DNA of 64,000 nucleotides from positions 9,996 through 73,995 of the forward strand of contig JAHJTW010000183.1 in the NCBI GenBank assembly GCA_018829565.1, read 5' to 3'. This DNA is from a bacterium (GTDB lineage: Bacteria; Krumholzibacteriota; Krumholzibacteriia; LZORAL124-64-63). Both the position numbers and the translations under genes were made by a program. The notes under the pieces are model-generated. The model was not told the DNA's origin. It worked only from the letters and a program-made list of their open reading frames with translations, and ran no database searches. Below are positions 46,521 to 55,501 of this stretch, piece after piece; the first letter of the stretch is position 1; the number at the start of each line of letters is the position of its first letter.

Positions 46521-48419
46521 TTGCGCAAGCCCCGTCATCTGTTCCTGCTGGCGCTCGTCATCCTGGTCTGCATCCTGGCTTCCTGGCGCTGGTCCCAGAT
46601 GATCAACGCCATGCTGCCGGCCGACAGCCGGCCGGTCAGGGTGACGTTCCCCTCCTCGCTCCCCCATACTCCCCTGGCCCTGCAGGGGCTGGCCGCCCAG
46701 CTGGCGGCCGAGTTCCCCCGGATGGCCGCGGACTTCCACCATCTCGACCATTTCCTCGAAGCCGGCATCGACCGCTACGAAGGCCCGGCCACCTGCCTGC
46801 AATGCCACCGGGAGATCACCGTGCCCGGGGAGGACGGGAACGAGCGCAGGGTGGACCTGCTGCAGGATCTGACCGATTCGGTCCATTACCGGTTCTTCAG
46901 CAGGGCGCATCCCAACGTCTACGGGTTCAATGGAAAGTCGGCTGACGACTTCGCCATGGGGAAGATCAACCGCCCCTGCCCCAAGCCGGGATCCTTCGCC
47001 ATGACGGCCTGGGCCGAACTGATCGTCACCACCGGGGGCGACACCCTCAGCGAGGGGTGCGGGCAGTGCCACATCGGTGGCCAGCATCAGGCGCCGCTGG
47101 GTGAGATGATGCCCGGCTACCGGACCCTGGGAATCGAGACCGAGGCCATCGATTGCCTGATCTGCCATGCGGCCGCGTACGACATGGCCCGCAGGCAGGT
47201 GACCGTCGGTCCCGACCAGCGCCGCCGCTGGGGCCAGGACCGCAGCCTCAAGGCCGCCCTCTCGGTGACCCGCCCCACCACCCGGGCCTGCCTGCGCTGC
47301 CACCAGCACAACATGGGCGGGGACATCTACGTCGACGAGGCCGACTCCACCTTCATGCCGGCCATCATCCAGCTGGGAGCGGACCGCCCGCGGGTGCAGC
47401 ATCCGGGTTCCAAGCGCGGCACCCCCTTCTCCCCGAGCTGGGACGTCCACGCCGCCGCCGGCGTCACCTGCCTGGACTGCCACGAACCTGTGGGACACCG
47501 GATTCCCCGGGGGACCCACACGACCACGATCATGGCCAACGACCTGCCGGGACGGGAGGTCGGCTGCGCCGGCTGTCACGAACCGGATCCCCACGACGCG
47601 GCCACGACCGGCGGCCGGGCCCTGAACGATCACCTCCGGGTCATCGCCTGCCAGACCTGCCACATCCCCTCCCTGCAGGAGGACAACGTCACCCACCGGG
47701 ACTTCGGAGAGACCGGCTTCGAGGAGGAGAAGGGCATCCACCTCTACCGGGACAGCCTCAAGGAACACCTGCCCGGCCGCGGCATCGCCTACGCCTGGTG
47801 GAACGGGGACGCCACCTTCCTGGGCAATCCCATCGGGGACAACCCCAACGGGGCGGGCCTGTACCGGTTCTACACCGCGCCGAACCGCTGGCCGGAGTAC
47901 GCGGACTTCGACTACGCCGCCTGGTACGAGCAGGTCATGCGGCCCCTGGCCGCCGCGGGGCGGCCCTCGAAGCTGTACCCCCTGAAACGTTTCAACGGGC
48001 GCCAGCACATCGACCTCCAGAACATCGGCCCCTTCGGGGGGATGTTCGTGCCTTACAACCTGCCCGAATACTACCGGTTCGGCGACCCGGACAACGCCGC
48101 CCGCCTGGAGATGAACAAGTCGATGATGGGACGCATGTACGGCTGGATGTTCAAGTTCTACATGCTGGACCGGTTCATGAGCTACATGGACATCGACGGC
48201 TGGAACACCGACGCCTACGCCGACGTGGTCGCCGGCCGCCAGGTCGAACCGCGGTGGCTGCCCAACGACGCCCTGCTCGAGATCAGCCACGCCATCCGGC
48301 TGGAAGGCGCGCTGACCTGCGCGGACTGCCACCGGCCGGACGGAGTCCTGGACTGGGTGGCCCTGGGCTACACCCCCGAGGAGACCGACCGCCTGGCTGC
48401 ACCTCAGACCATGGAATAG
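46521..48419 (+). CDS. octaheme cytochrome c, tetrathionate reductase (OTR)-like
   Basis: Eight CxxCH motifs (CLQCH, CGQCH, CLICH, CLRCH, CLDCH, CAGCH, CQTCH, CADCH), N-terminal TM/signal, GKIN before heme 2. Confidence 0.8.
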   Translation: MRKPRHLFLLALVILVCILASWRWSQMINAMLPADSRPVRVTFPSSLPHTPLALQGLAAQLAAEFPRMAADFHHLDHFLEAGIDRYEGPATCLQCHREITVPGEDGNERRVDLLQDLTDSVHYRFFSRAHPNVYGFNGKSADDFAMGKINRPCPKPGSFAMTAWAELIVTTGGDTLSEGCGQCHIGGQHQAPLGEMMPGYRTLGIETEAIDCLICHAAAYDMARRQVTVGPDQRRRWGQDRSLKAALSVTRPTTRACLRCHQHNMGGDIYVDEADSTFMPAIIQLGADRPRVQHPGSKRGTPFSPSWDVHAAAGVTCLDCHEPVGHRIPRGTHTTTIMANDLPGREVGCAGCHEPDPHDAATTGGRALNDHLRVIACQTCHIPSLQEDNVTHRDFGETGFEEEKGIHLYRDSLKEHLPGRGIAYAWWNGDATFLGNPIGDNPNGAGLYRFYTAPNRWPEYADFDYAAWYEQVMRPLAAAGRPSKLYPLKRFNGRQHIDLQNIGPFGGMFVPYNLPEYYRFGDPDNAARLEMNKSMMGRMYGWMFKFYMLDRFMSYMDIDGWNTDAYADVVAGRQVEPRWLPNDALLEISHAIRLEGALTCADCHRPDGVLDWVALGYTPEETDRLAAPQTME

Positions 48420-48618
48420 CCTATCGGTCCTTCTCCTCGCGGATCCGACCCGGTTCCTTGCAGGTGTGTTCCCGGGATCCTTCCTGCGCCAGGATGTCTG
48501 CCCTTCCTCCCGTCGGTGGCAGTCCATCGGGGGGGGGGCCGCCTCCGGCCCGCCTTTTTCAAGCACGGCCCAAACTCCGGTTGAGTACGCCCCGAACGGG
48601 TGATAAGTTGGATCCATC

Positions 48619-49446
48619 ATGTGGCAGAGCATCACCAGCAGCCCCATCATCGACGTCCTCGATATCGTCATCGTGGCCTATCTGCTCTATCGCCTCATCG
48701 TGTTCATCAAGGACACCCGGGTGATCCAGATGTTCGCGGGCCTGGGATTCCTGCTGATCCTGTCCTTCCTCGCCAGCAGCCTGGGCATGATCGTCGTCGG
48801 CCGGATCATCGGCACCCTGCAGACGGTCTGGGTCGTGGCGTTCATCATCATCTTCCAGCCCGAACTGAGGTCGGCCCTGACCAACATCGGCCTGCGCCGG
48901 GGTTTCGGCCTGTTCAAGACGCACGACAAGATCCCCGCCGAACAGGAGATCCTCGAGGCGGTCTCCCGTCTGAGCAAGCGGGGACTGGGCGCACTGATCG
49001 TCATCGAGCGCGAGGTCCGGCTGAACAACTGGGCCCTGAAGGGCGTCCCCCTGGACGCCGAGATCACCTCCGCCACCCTCGAGGCGATCTTCACCGTCCC
49101 AGGCCCCCTGCACGACGGGGCGGTCATCATCAGCCAGGGCAAGATCGCCGCGGCGGCAGTGATCCTGCCCATCACCGAGCAGGAAGAACTGGGCTACGTT
49201 CTGGGCACCAGGCACCGTGCCGCCATCGGGATCTCCGAGCAGAGCGACTGCGTGGTGATCGTGGTGTCGGAGGAGACCCGCGCCATCAGCGTGGTGCACG
49301 CCGGCAACATCAAGCGCGGGCTTTCCCTGGACGATCTGGCCACCGAGCTCGAGCGGATCTACCTCGCCGCCACGCCCCCGCACCGGCGCCGCAAGGCCAA
49401 GGCCCCCGGCGACCGAACCCCCGAACCCGACGGGGCGTCCTCCTGA
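48619..49446 (+). CDS. cdaA: diadenylate cyclase
   Basis: Three TM helices, IIFQPELR, LHDGA, GTRHRAA and VVSEET motifs. Confidence 0.92.
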   Translation: MWQSITSSPIIDVLDIVIVAYLLYRLIVFIKDTRVIQMFAGLGFLLILSFLASSLGMIVVGRIIGTLQTVWVVAFIIIFQPELRSALTNIGLRRGFGLFKTHDKIPAEQEILEAVSRLSKRGLGALIVIEREVRLNNWALKGVPLDAEITSATLEAIFTVPGPLHDGAVIISQGKIAAAAVILPITEQEELGYVLGTRHRAAIGISEQSDCVVIVVSEETRAISVVHAGNIKRGLSLDDLATELERIYLAATPPHRRRKAKAPGDRTPEPDGASS

Positions 49447-49822
49447 CCTGCGTCCTCCCCCCCCTGGCATGGTCGACCGCCGGGGATGCGCCACCCCCGG
49501 CGGTCCGACGTGGCAGCCGGCCCGGTCCTCCCAGTCCTGACAGGTTGCCGTTCCCATCAGGCAAGGGGCGCACCGATTTTCCCGGGGTTTCCATTTTCCG
49601 GTGATCGCGGTAATCATTTGAATCAAAATGACTTGGGAATGAAAATGAGGGCGCCTGAAGATTCTCCCCGTGTCCCATTCTGTCCCATGATCCCCCCCCC
49701 CATCTGGAACACCGATCCGGGGACACCGGAAACTCGTTGACCCCCAATCAATTGAATGTCCCGCCTCCGGAACCGGAAGCGGGACACCGGGACACATTGA
49801 TGCCGGTCCGGCCGGCCCCGGT

Positions 49823-52117
49823 TTACACGACCTGCGGCGCCGGCCGCTGACGCGCCGGGCAGCCGGGGATGCGGCCCTTTTCCTGCTGGATGGCCCGCAG
49901 GAAAAGGTTCACGATATCGGGATCGTAGCGGCCGCCCAGGTTGTCCCTCAGGATCCTGGCCGCGTCCACCGCCGAAACCGGCTCCCGCTCGTCCGTCCCG
50001 ATCACCATGGCCACGTAGCTTTCGACCACCGTCACCACGCGCGCGGCCAGGGGGATCTCACGCCCCGCCAGCCCCATGGGGAATCCCTCGCCGCCGAACC
50101 GCTCGTGGTGGCAGCGGACCACGTCCACGATGGACTGGGGCAGGTTCAAGGTTTCCAGCAGGCGCGCGCCCTCCTCGGGGTGACGACGGTACAGGGACCA
50201 CTGGACCGGATCCATGCGCTCGGGGGATCCCATCAGCGCATCTTCCTTGTCGATCAGGCCGACGTCGCGCAGCAGGCAGCCGTAGATCAGTTCACGTTCC
50301 TGGTCGAGGGTGAAACCCATCGCCCGGGCGAGCCTGTTCACGTGGCTGACCATGGCGCGGGTCATGTCGTCGGTTCCGAACATCCGCTTTTCCCACTGGC
50401 CCATGAGGATGCGCACCAGCTCGAGATTCACGTCGGCGTTCTCGTGGCTGTCCTCGAACCGGGACAGCAGCCGGGACGTCTCGCTGAACAGTTCGTGGAT
50501 GAGATCCCCGAGCCCCAGGGGATCGATGTCCTCGCTCAGGCAAACCAGCGCGGTGCCCTGGTATTCCTCGTCCCAGCGCAGGCTGACCACCCAGTCGATC
50601 CCGGCCTTCTCCAGGTCGTCCCTGACGTCCTTGAAGAAGTTGGGGATGTTGTGGACGGCCACCGGCCGCTCGATGGTCCGGAAGTAGACCTTCAACCGCT
50701 TGTTGCCGAGATCAAGGGCCAGCAGGGGATCGTTCTGCGCGATGACCACCTGGGGCCGCTTGGAGTCGGGCGCCAGGTAGCCCATGCTGCGGATGGGAAG
50801 GACGGGCCACAGGTTCCGGCCGAAGATCCGCCAGAAGTGCATGCGGTCGTCGGCATCGGGAAGGTCCAGGGCCAGGCGCAGCAGGACCTCGGCGACCGAC
50901 TCGTCCCGGGACTCCGATTCCTGCCATGCGGGTGAGGGCTGGTCCTCGGGGGACCGCTCCGCTTCACCCGGTCCGGCATCCCTGTCCGACTTGCGCCCCG
51001 AACCGCCCAGGTCCTCGCCCGACAGGACCCTCATCAGCAATTCCAGGGCGAAGTGCTCCACGACCGAGTACTCATCGCCTCCGGCAGTCCGCTTGAGCAG
51101 CAGGATGGCGACCAGGCGTGATTCCACCTTGACCGGCAGCAGGACGTCCGGGTTGGTCTCCTCCAGGAGCAGCCGCTCGATGTCGGTCAGGTCATCGTCC
51201 TGGATGTCCATCAAGGTCAGCGGGTGGCCCCGCTCATCCAGCTGCCTGGCCAGGGCGCCGCCGGACTCGAACTTCCAGGCCCCGTCCTCGGAGGCGAACT
51301 GATCTTCCCTGGCCACCAGGAGCGTCACCTCCTCGGCCAGCCCGTGGCTGAACAGGAGGTTCTGGAGGGCCTGCCCGAACCTGCCGTCCTCGTCCGCATT
51401 GGCCCACCCGCCCAGGGTGGTGATCGCCTCGGACAGGGACGTGTAGCTGTGCTCGCGGCGGCGTCCCGAACCCGTCCTGGGGCCCTGTGCGGCCGGCGCC
51501 GCGGGCGCCGGGCCCTCCTCCTCCGTGCCCGCCTCGGCGGGACCGGAGAAGTCGGTGACCTCCTCTTCCTGATCGTCGACCTCGAACTCCTCGGCGAAGA
51601 AACCCATGGCGCCCAGATCCTCGAGCTCCTCGGCATCCGTCTCCGGCAGGTCCGCGGTGGGTTCGGTTCCATCCGGCCCGCACTCGGCGGGTTCCGATTC
51701 CTCCAGCGTGACCGGATCAGGCACCGCCTCGGCGAATTCCATCGTCTCGGGGTCGTCCCCCTGAGCGGGTCCGAAGAACACCGCTTCCGCCTCGTCGGCC
51801 GTCGCGAAACAGCGCAGTGGCAGGCCGGTGAACTTCCCCGCCAGGAACTTCCGGACGACCTCGTTGGGTCCGGCGAAGACCGCCTCGCCCCCCGCGTCGG
51901 CCAGTTGCCGCTGGAACCCGGCCAGGATGCCGGCGCCGCCCCCCCCGAGGGCTCCCACCTCCGACAGGTCCATCACGATGTGGACCTTCCCCTTGGCGAG
52001 ACACTTGCTGGCCAGGTCCTGCAGGTGGGCCTTGTCGCCCCGGCCCACCGTACCCAGCAGCTTGACCCCGAAGAGCTTCTTGTCCGACATGGTTACGGAT
52101 TGGAACTGGATCGCCAT
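49823..52117 (-). CDS. STAS + acidic linker + GAF-like + degenerate HD-GYP protein
   Basis: N-terminal STAS (MDLSEV); C-terminal LRDVG, HP, HHERFGGEGFP and IPLAAR. Confidence 0.78.
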   Translation of the reverse strand: MAIQFQSVTMSDKKLFGVKLLGTVGRGDKAHLQDLASKCLAKGKVHIVMDLSEVGALGGGGAGILAGFQRQLADAGGEAVFAGPNEVVRKFLAGKFTGLPLRCFATADEAEAVFFGPAQGDDPETMEFAEAVPDPVTLEESEPAECGPDGTEPTADLPETDAEELEDLGAMGFFAEEFEVDDQEEEVTDFSGPAEAGTEEEGPAPAAPAAQGPRTGSGRRREHSYTSLSEAITTLGGWANADEDGRFGQALQNLLFSHGLAEEVTLLVAREDQFASEDGAWKFESGGALARQLDERGHPLTLMDIQDDDLTDIERLLLEETNPDVLLPVKVESRLVAILLLKRTAGGDEYSVVEHFALELLMRVLSGEDLGGSGRKSDRDAGPGEAERSPEDQPSPAWQESESRDESVAEVLLRLALDLPDADDRMHFWRIFGRNLWPVLPIRSMGYLAPDSKRPQVVIAQNDPLLALDLGNKRLKVYFRTIERPVAVHNIPNFFKDVRDDLEKAGIDWVVSLRWDEEYQGTALVCLSEDIDPLGLGDLIHELFSETSRLLSRFEDSHENADVNLELVRILMGQWEKRMFGTDDMTRAMVSHVNRLARAMGFTLDQERELIYGCLLRDVGLIDKEDALMGSPERMDPVQWSLYRRHPEEGARLLETLNLPQSIVDVVRCHHERFGGEGFPMGLAGREIPLAARVVTVVESYVAMVIGTDEREPVSAVDAARILRDNLGGRYDPDIVNLFLRAIQQEKGRIPGCPARQRPAPQVV

Positions 52118-52124
52118 GACAACC

Positions 52125-52343
52125 TCAGACCAGGGATTCGGCCAGCCAGTTGTCCAGCACCGAGCGGAGGAATCGCCACTCGCTGCCCACCTTCTTCGCC
52201 GGGATCTTGCCTTCCTTCGCCAGACGGCAAACCGTCTTGACGTGCATCTTCAGGTATTCCGCCGCTTCGACGGACGTCATCACCTGCACGACCGGATCAT
52301 CTCCCCCGATGTAAACCCTGGTGGGATCCTTGTAGTCAGGCAT
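52125..52343 (-). CDS. small excisionase/BldC-like helix-turn-helix DNA-binding protein
   Basis: MTSVEAAEYLKMHVKTVCRLAKEGKIPAKKVGSEWRF; GAGAGGAG RBS. Confidence 0.88.
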   Translation of the reverse strand: MPDYKDPTRVYIGGDDPVVQVMTSVEAAEYLKMHVKTVCRLAKEGKIPAKKVGSEWRFLRSVLDNWLAESLV

Positions 52344-52460
52344 GGATGGGCTCCTCTCCAGATTCAATGAGGTGATGCGTGCCACATCACGATTAGGCAA
52401 ATCTAGCAACCCATGTGCCCGGATCCGGAATTCCGGGAGATCGGTAAAAATTGCCTTCTA

Positions 52461-52546
52461 AAGGGGATTTGGAAGGAATTGGGGGGTTGAGCGAGGAACG
52501 ATGGGAACCTCTGAGGATGTGCAGGATACATCAAGACCATCGGGAG
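52461..52546. promoter_or_regulatory. helically phased RGGA direct-repeat array upstream of the HTH gene
   Basis: RGGA-like cores at 52464, 52474, 52484, 52494, 52503, 52514, 52523, 52533 and 52542. Confidence 0.5.
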
Positions 52547-52603
52547 CCGTGCAATCCGCAACAAGCCACGGCCGGGGACCGGGCTCACTCCCCGACCATC
52601 CCC

Positions 52604-53197
52604 CTAGCGTCCCTGATGATCCGGGCTGGCGGCGAATCGGCCCAGGAGGTCCGACCGGAACAAGCTGTCGCCGTAGGCCCGCAGCCGTTGCCATTCGCGC
52701 GCCAGGGAATCCTCGGTGGCATCCGGCAGCTCGCCGTCCCCCCACGCGGCCACCCAGCGGTCCATCGCCCGCTTGATCTCGACCATGGCTTCCCCGGGGG
52801 TTCCAGCCGCCAGCAGCCAGTGGCCCAGTTCCTCCCACCGGGGATCGGCTGAGACGCTCCCGAGGTCTTCCCCCCGGTCCAATGCGGCCAGGAGACTCTC
52901 GAGGAAACCGGCGAGGGCGGTCCAGACCGGGACCAGGTGCCCCGGGTTGCGTTCGGGCACGTCGGTCAACGTCCCCCGGATGCGGGCGAAGGCGGTCACG
53001 ACTTCGGGCAGCCCGGTCGGGTCCGCGTCCCCGAACTCGCGGGCGAGCAGGTTCAAGGAAAGTTCGATGCGGGAAAAATCGGCCGGGACGCCGGCGCGAT
53101 TGCGGGGATCGAGGGGGGCCTGGTGGAGCCGGTCATCCAGTTCCACCAGGCGGTCGGCGAACACCCGGGGAAAGGTCCTGGCCTGGCCGTGATCCAC
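52604..53197 (-). CDS. helical hypothetical protein, possibly degenerate Hpt/CheA-P1-like
   Basis: F.DRL.ELDD.L...P......RIELSLNLL pattern with no His at the expected site. Confidence 0.5.
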   Translation of the reverse strand: MDHGQARTFPRVFADRLVELDDRLHQAPLDPRNRAGVPADFSRIELSLNLLAREFGDADPTGLPEVVTAFARIRGTLTDVPERNPGHLVPVWTALAGFLESLLAALDRGEDLGSVSADPRWEELGHWLLAAGTPGEAMVEIKRAMDRWVAAWGDGELPDATEDSLAREWQRLRAYGDSLFRSDLLGRFAASPDHQGR

Positions 53198-53236
53198 GGT
53201 GCTCCTCCTTGCGGCCCGGAGGACACCGGACCCGGC

Positions 53237-55150
53237 TCAATCCAGGCGCTTGGCCCCGAACTCCGACAGGTCGTGGACCCGCTCCCCGGAGGCGGCCGTG
53301 GCGCCGGAGCCCGGGCTGAGCAGGACGGCGCCGAACTCGTCGAGGTCGTAGATCCTTTCGCCGGAAGGCTGATCCGCTCCGGCATCCGGATTCCTCGCCC
53401 CGAATTCGTCCAGATCGTACACCTTCTCCGGCCCGGTGGAAAGACCGCGATCGAAGGCCGGCGGGGACGACCTGGTGAACTCGCCTTCGTCGCCGGGATT
53501 CACACCCGAGGAGATGTCCAGGGGGTCGAGGGAATCGACCTGCATGGTCACTTCCCCCTGCCTGGACATGAACGGGTCGATCACGGGAACGTCGCCTCCG
53601 GGATCGGACTCCAGGAAGGGATCGAAGTGCTCGAGGGCCAGATCGCCCGCCGCTTCACGGTGGTCCGAGGCCAGGTCGAACTCGATTCCCGCCAGGTCGG
53701 CGATGTCGCGCCCGAGGTCGTCGAGGCGCACCTGCTGGCCGTCGAATCCGGCCGCGATGCGTCCCAGGTTGACCGCAACCTTCAGGACCGACGGGGCAAG
53801 GATGTCCAGCGATTCCCCGCCGGGCGTCCCCTGCTTGCCGGTCATGCCTTTCAGGAATTCTTCGAGGGCCCCGAGGTCCTCGACGAACGATGGCGAAACC
53901 GCCCCGCCCCCTCCACCAGCCGCCAGGACCGACCGGAACTCCCCGGCCATGTCCTCGAGGGCCTGGGCCATGGGCTGCAGGCGCTCGGCGCGGGGGCCCA
54001 GACGGGCCGCTTCCATCGCCACCTGGAAGGAAAGCTTGGTGAACCGTTCGATGAGGTCGTCCGCCGGCCGCGAGGTCGCGCCGCCCGCCCCGGAAGCCGG
54101 ACCGTTACGGCGCAATTTTCCCACCAGACTCATGGCCTCGGGCAAGCCCGGCACCTCGCGGGCGGAACGGGACAGCCGGTCCTTGAAGGCCTCCAGGTGC
54201 GTGGCCGTCTTGCGCAGGGCGTCTTCCTGCAGGTTCAACTGGTCGAGGGTTCCGGTCTGCCACCCGCGGGCGTCCTGCAGGAGGTCCATGGCCCGATGGC
54301 CCCTGCTCCCGACCTTGGCCTGGAGGGCTTCGAGGTCCTCCTGGGCCGAGGCTTGCTGGTCGTACAGCTGGATGATGCCGTCGGCGAGCATGCCCACGAC
54401 CGGGGTCTCGAACTTGGCGTCCAGATCGGTCCGGTTGCTGCTGGACAGGGCCTTTTCCAGACGGTGGAGTTCGCCCTCGATTCCGAGCATCCGCTTCAGG
54501 CGGGCTTCATGATGGCGCCAGACGCCCAGGTTCTCACCGGTGAAGTTCGCCAGATCCGTATCGGCCTTGAAGGCGGGGTCCTGCCAGCCCTCGGTGCGGT
54601 CCAGCCTCAGGGCCGCCACTTTCCGGAGCAGGCTGCGGGCGGCGTGGCCGCGGGCCAGGTCGCGGCCCACCACCGAGGCGGTGCGGGCCCCGACCAGCAT
54701 CAGCAGGAGCAGGGATCCGACGCCGACCAGCGTGATGAGGTTGCCGGGATGATCCTGGAAGTCGAACCAGGTTTCCCAGGGACCGATTTCCAGGGGATTC
54801 CAGCTGAAGCCGGGATTCATCCCGTAGGCGAAATGGAAGGCGGCGCCGACACCCACGGCGATGACCAGGCCGGGCACCGCGACCATCAGGCCCCAGGCCC
54901 AGCCGCGGGGGGCCGGTGCATCCTGGACCTTCTGCGGCGGGGGCGAATGCGGCAAGACCTGCCTTTGTACCTCGGCAGCGGTCGCCGTCGGCCGCGATTC
55001 GGCCTCCTCGCAGGCCTCGTCGGTGTATCCCTCGAACGCCGTGAAGTCGGCGAATCCCTCGGGAGGTTCGGCGTCCAGGGCGCCCGATTCGGGAACCGGT
55101 CCTGCCAACTCCCTGCCGGCCTTCTTGTCCTTGCGCTTCTTGTCGCTCAT
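53237..55150 (-). CDS. membrane protein with divergent MCP-like signalling hairpin and triple C-terminal repeat
   Basis: Two TM helices, coiled coil, TKLSFQVAMEAARLG, three (Y/H)DLxEFGA repeats. Confidence 0.65.
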   Translation of the reverse strand: MSDKKRKDKKAGRELAGPVPESGALDAEPPEGFADFTAFEGYTDEACEEAESRPTATAAEVQRQVLPHSPPPQKVQDAPAPRGWAWGLMVAVPGLVIAVGVGAAFHFAYGMNPGFSWNPLEIGPWETWFDFQDHPGNLITLVGVGSLLLLMLVGARTASVVGRDLARGHAARSLLRKVAALRLDRTEGWQDPAFKADTDLANFTGENLGVWRHHEARLKRMLGIEGELHRLEKALSSSNRTDLDAKFETPVVGMLADGIIQLYDQQASAQEDLEALQAKVGSRGHRAMDLLQDARGWQTGTLDQLNLQEDALRKTATHLEAFKDRLSRSAREVPGLPEAMSLVGKLRRNGPASGAGGATSRPADDLIERFTKLSFQVAMEAARLGPRAERLQPMAQALEDMAGEFRSVLAAGGGGGAVSPSFVEDLGALEEFLKGMTGKQGTPGGESLDILAPSVLKVAVNLGRIAAGFDGQQVRLDDLGRDIADLAGIEFDLASDHREAAGDLALEHFDPFLESDPGGDVPVIDPFMSRQGEVTMQVDSLDPLDISSGVNPGDEGEFTRSSPPAFDRGLSTGPEKVYDLDEFGARNPDAGADQPSGERIYDLDEFGAVLLSPGSGATAASGERVHDLSEFGAKRLD

Positions 55151-55447
55151 TCCTGTTCCTTTCACCTGCAGAGGGTGGGTCGCGGCACCAAGCCGCGGCC
55201 AGGAAACTCCCATGCCTGGTTGACCATACCCGGTCGGGCCCGGGCCTCGCGCAGACCGGACTGGGCCCATTGCTTTTCGGCAGGATTCGCCCGGACCAAA
55301 GGGAAATTCCGCAGTGAGCGAGAGGAGGTGCTGGATCCAGGTGGTGGGATTCCGACCAGATCAGGCCGGGATGGGACCGCCTGACGATTCTTCAATACGC
55401 CATCATGTTCATTGACAACATGTTGCATGGATGCCGGCAAGGCGCCC

Positions 55448-55465
55448 CGGGCATGGGGAATGCAA
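55448..55465 (+). promoter_or_regulatory. possible sigma54 promoter
   Basis: GGGCATGGGGAATGCA has GG-N10-GC spacing, about 40 nt before ATG 55502. Confidence 0.3.
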
Positions 55466-55501
55466 GCTGGGCGGGAACCCCAGCAGGAAAGGCCCCCTCC
55501 C

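Noticed and set aside
48420..48618. c-di-AMP (ydaO) riboswitch upstream of cdaA
   Set aside because: Consensus elements were not found; the hairpin with a T-run fits a terminator of the cytochrome gene.
52125..52343. Excisionase as evidence of a prophage or ICE
   Set aside because: No integrase, tRNA target, phage or conjugation genes, or compositional shift nearby.
54770..54785. WETW (WxxW) in the extracytoplasmic loop of the MCP-like protein as a DPY19-like substrate
   Set aside because: A single motif 9 kb away is expected by chance and cannot be supported from sequence alone.
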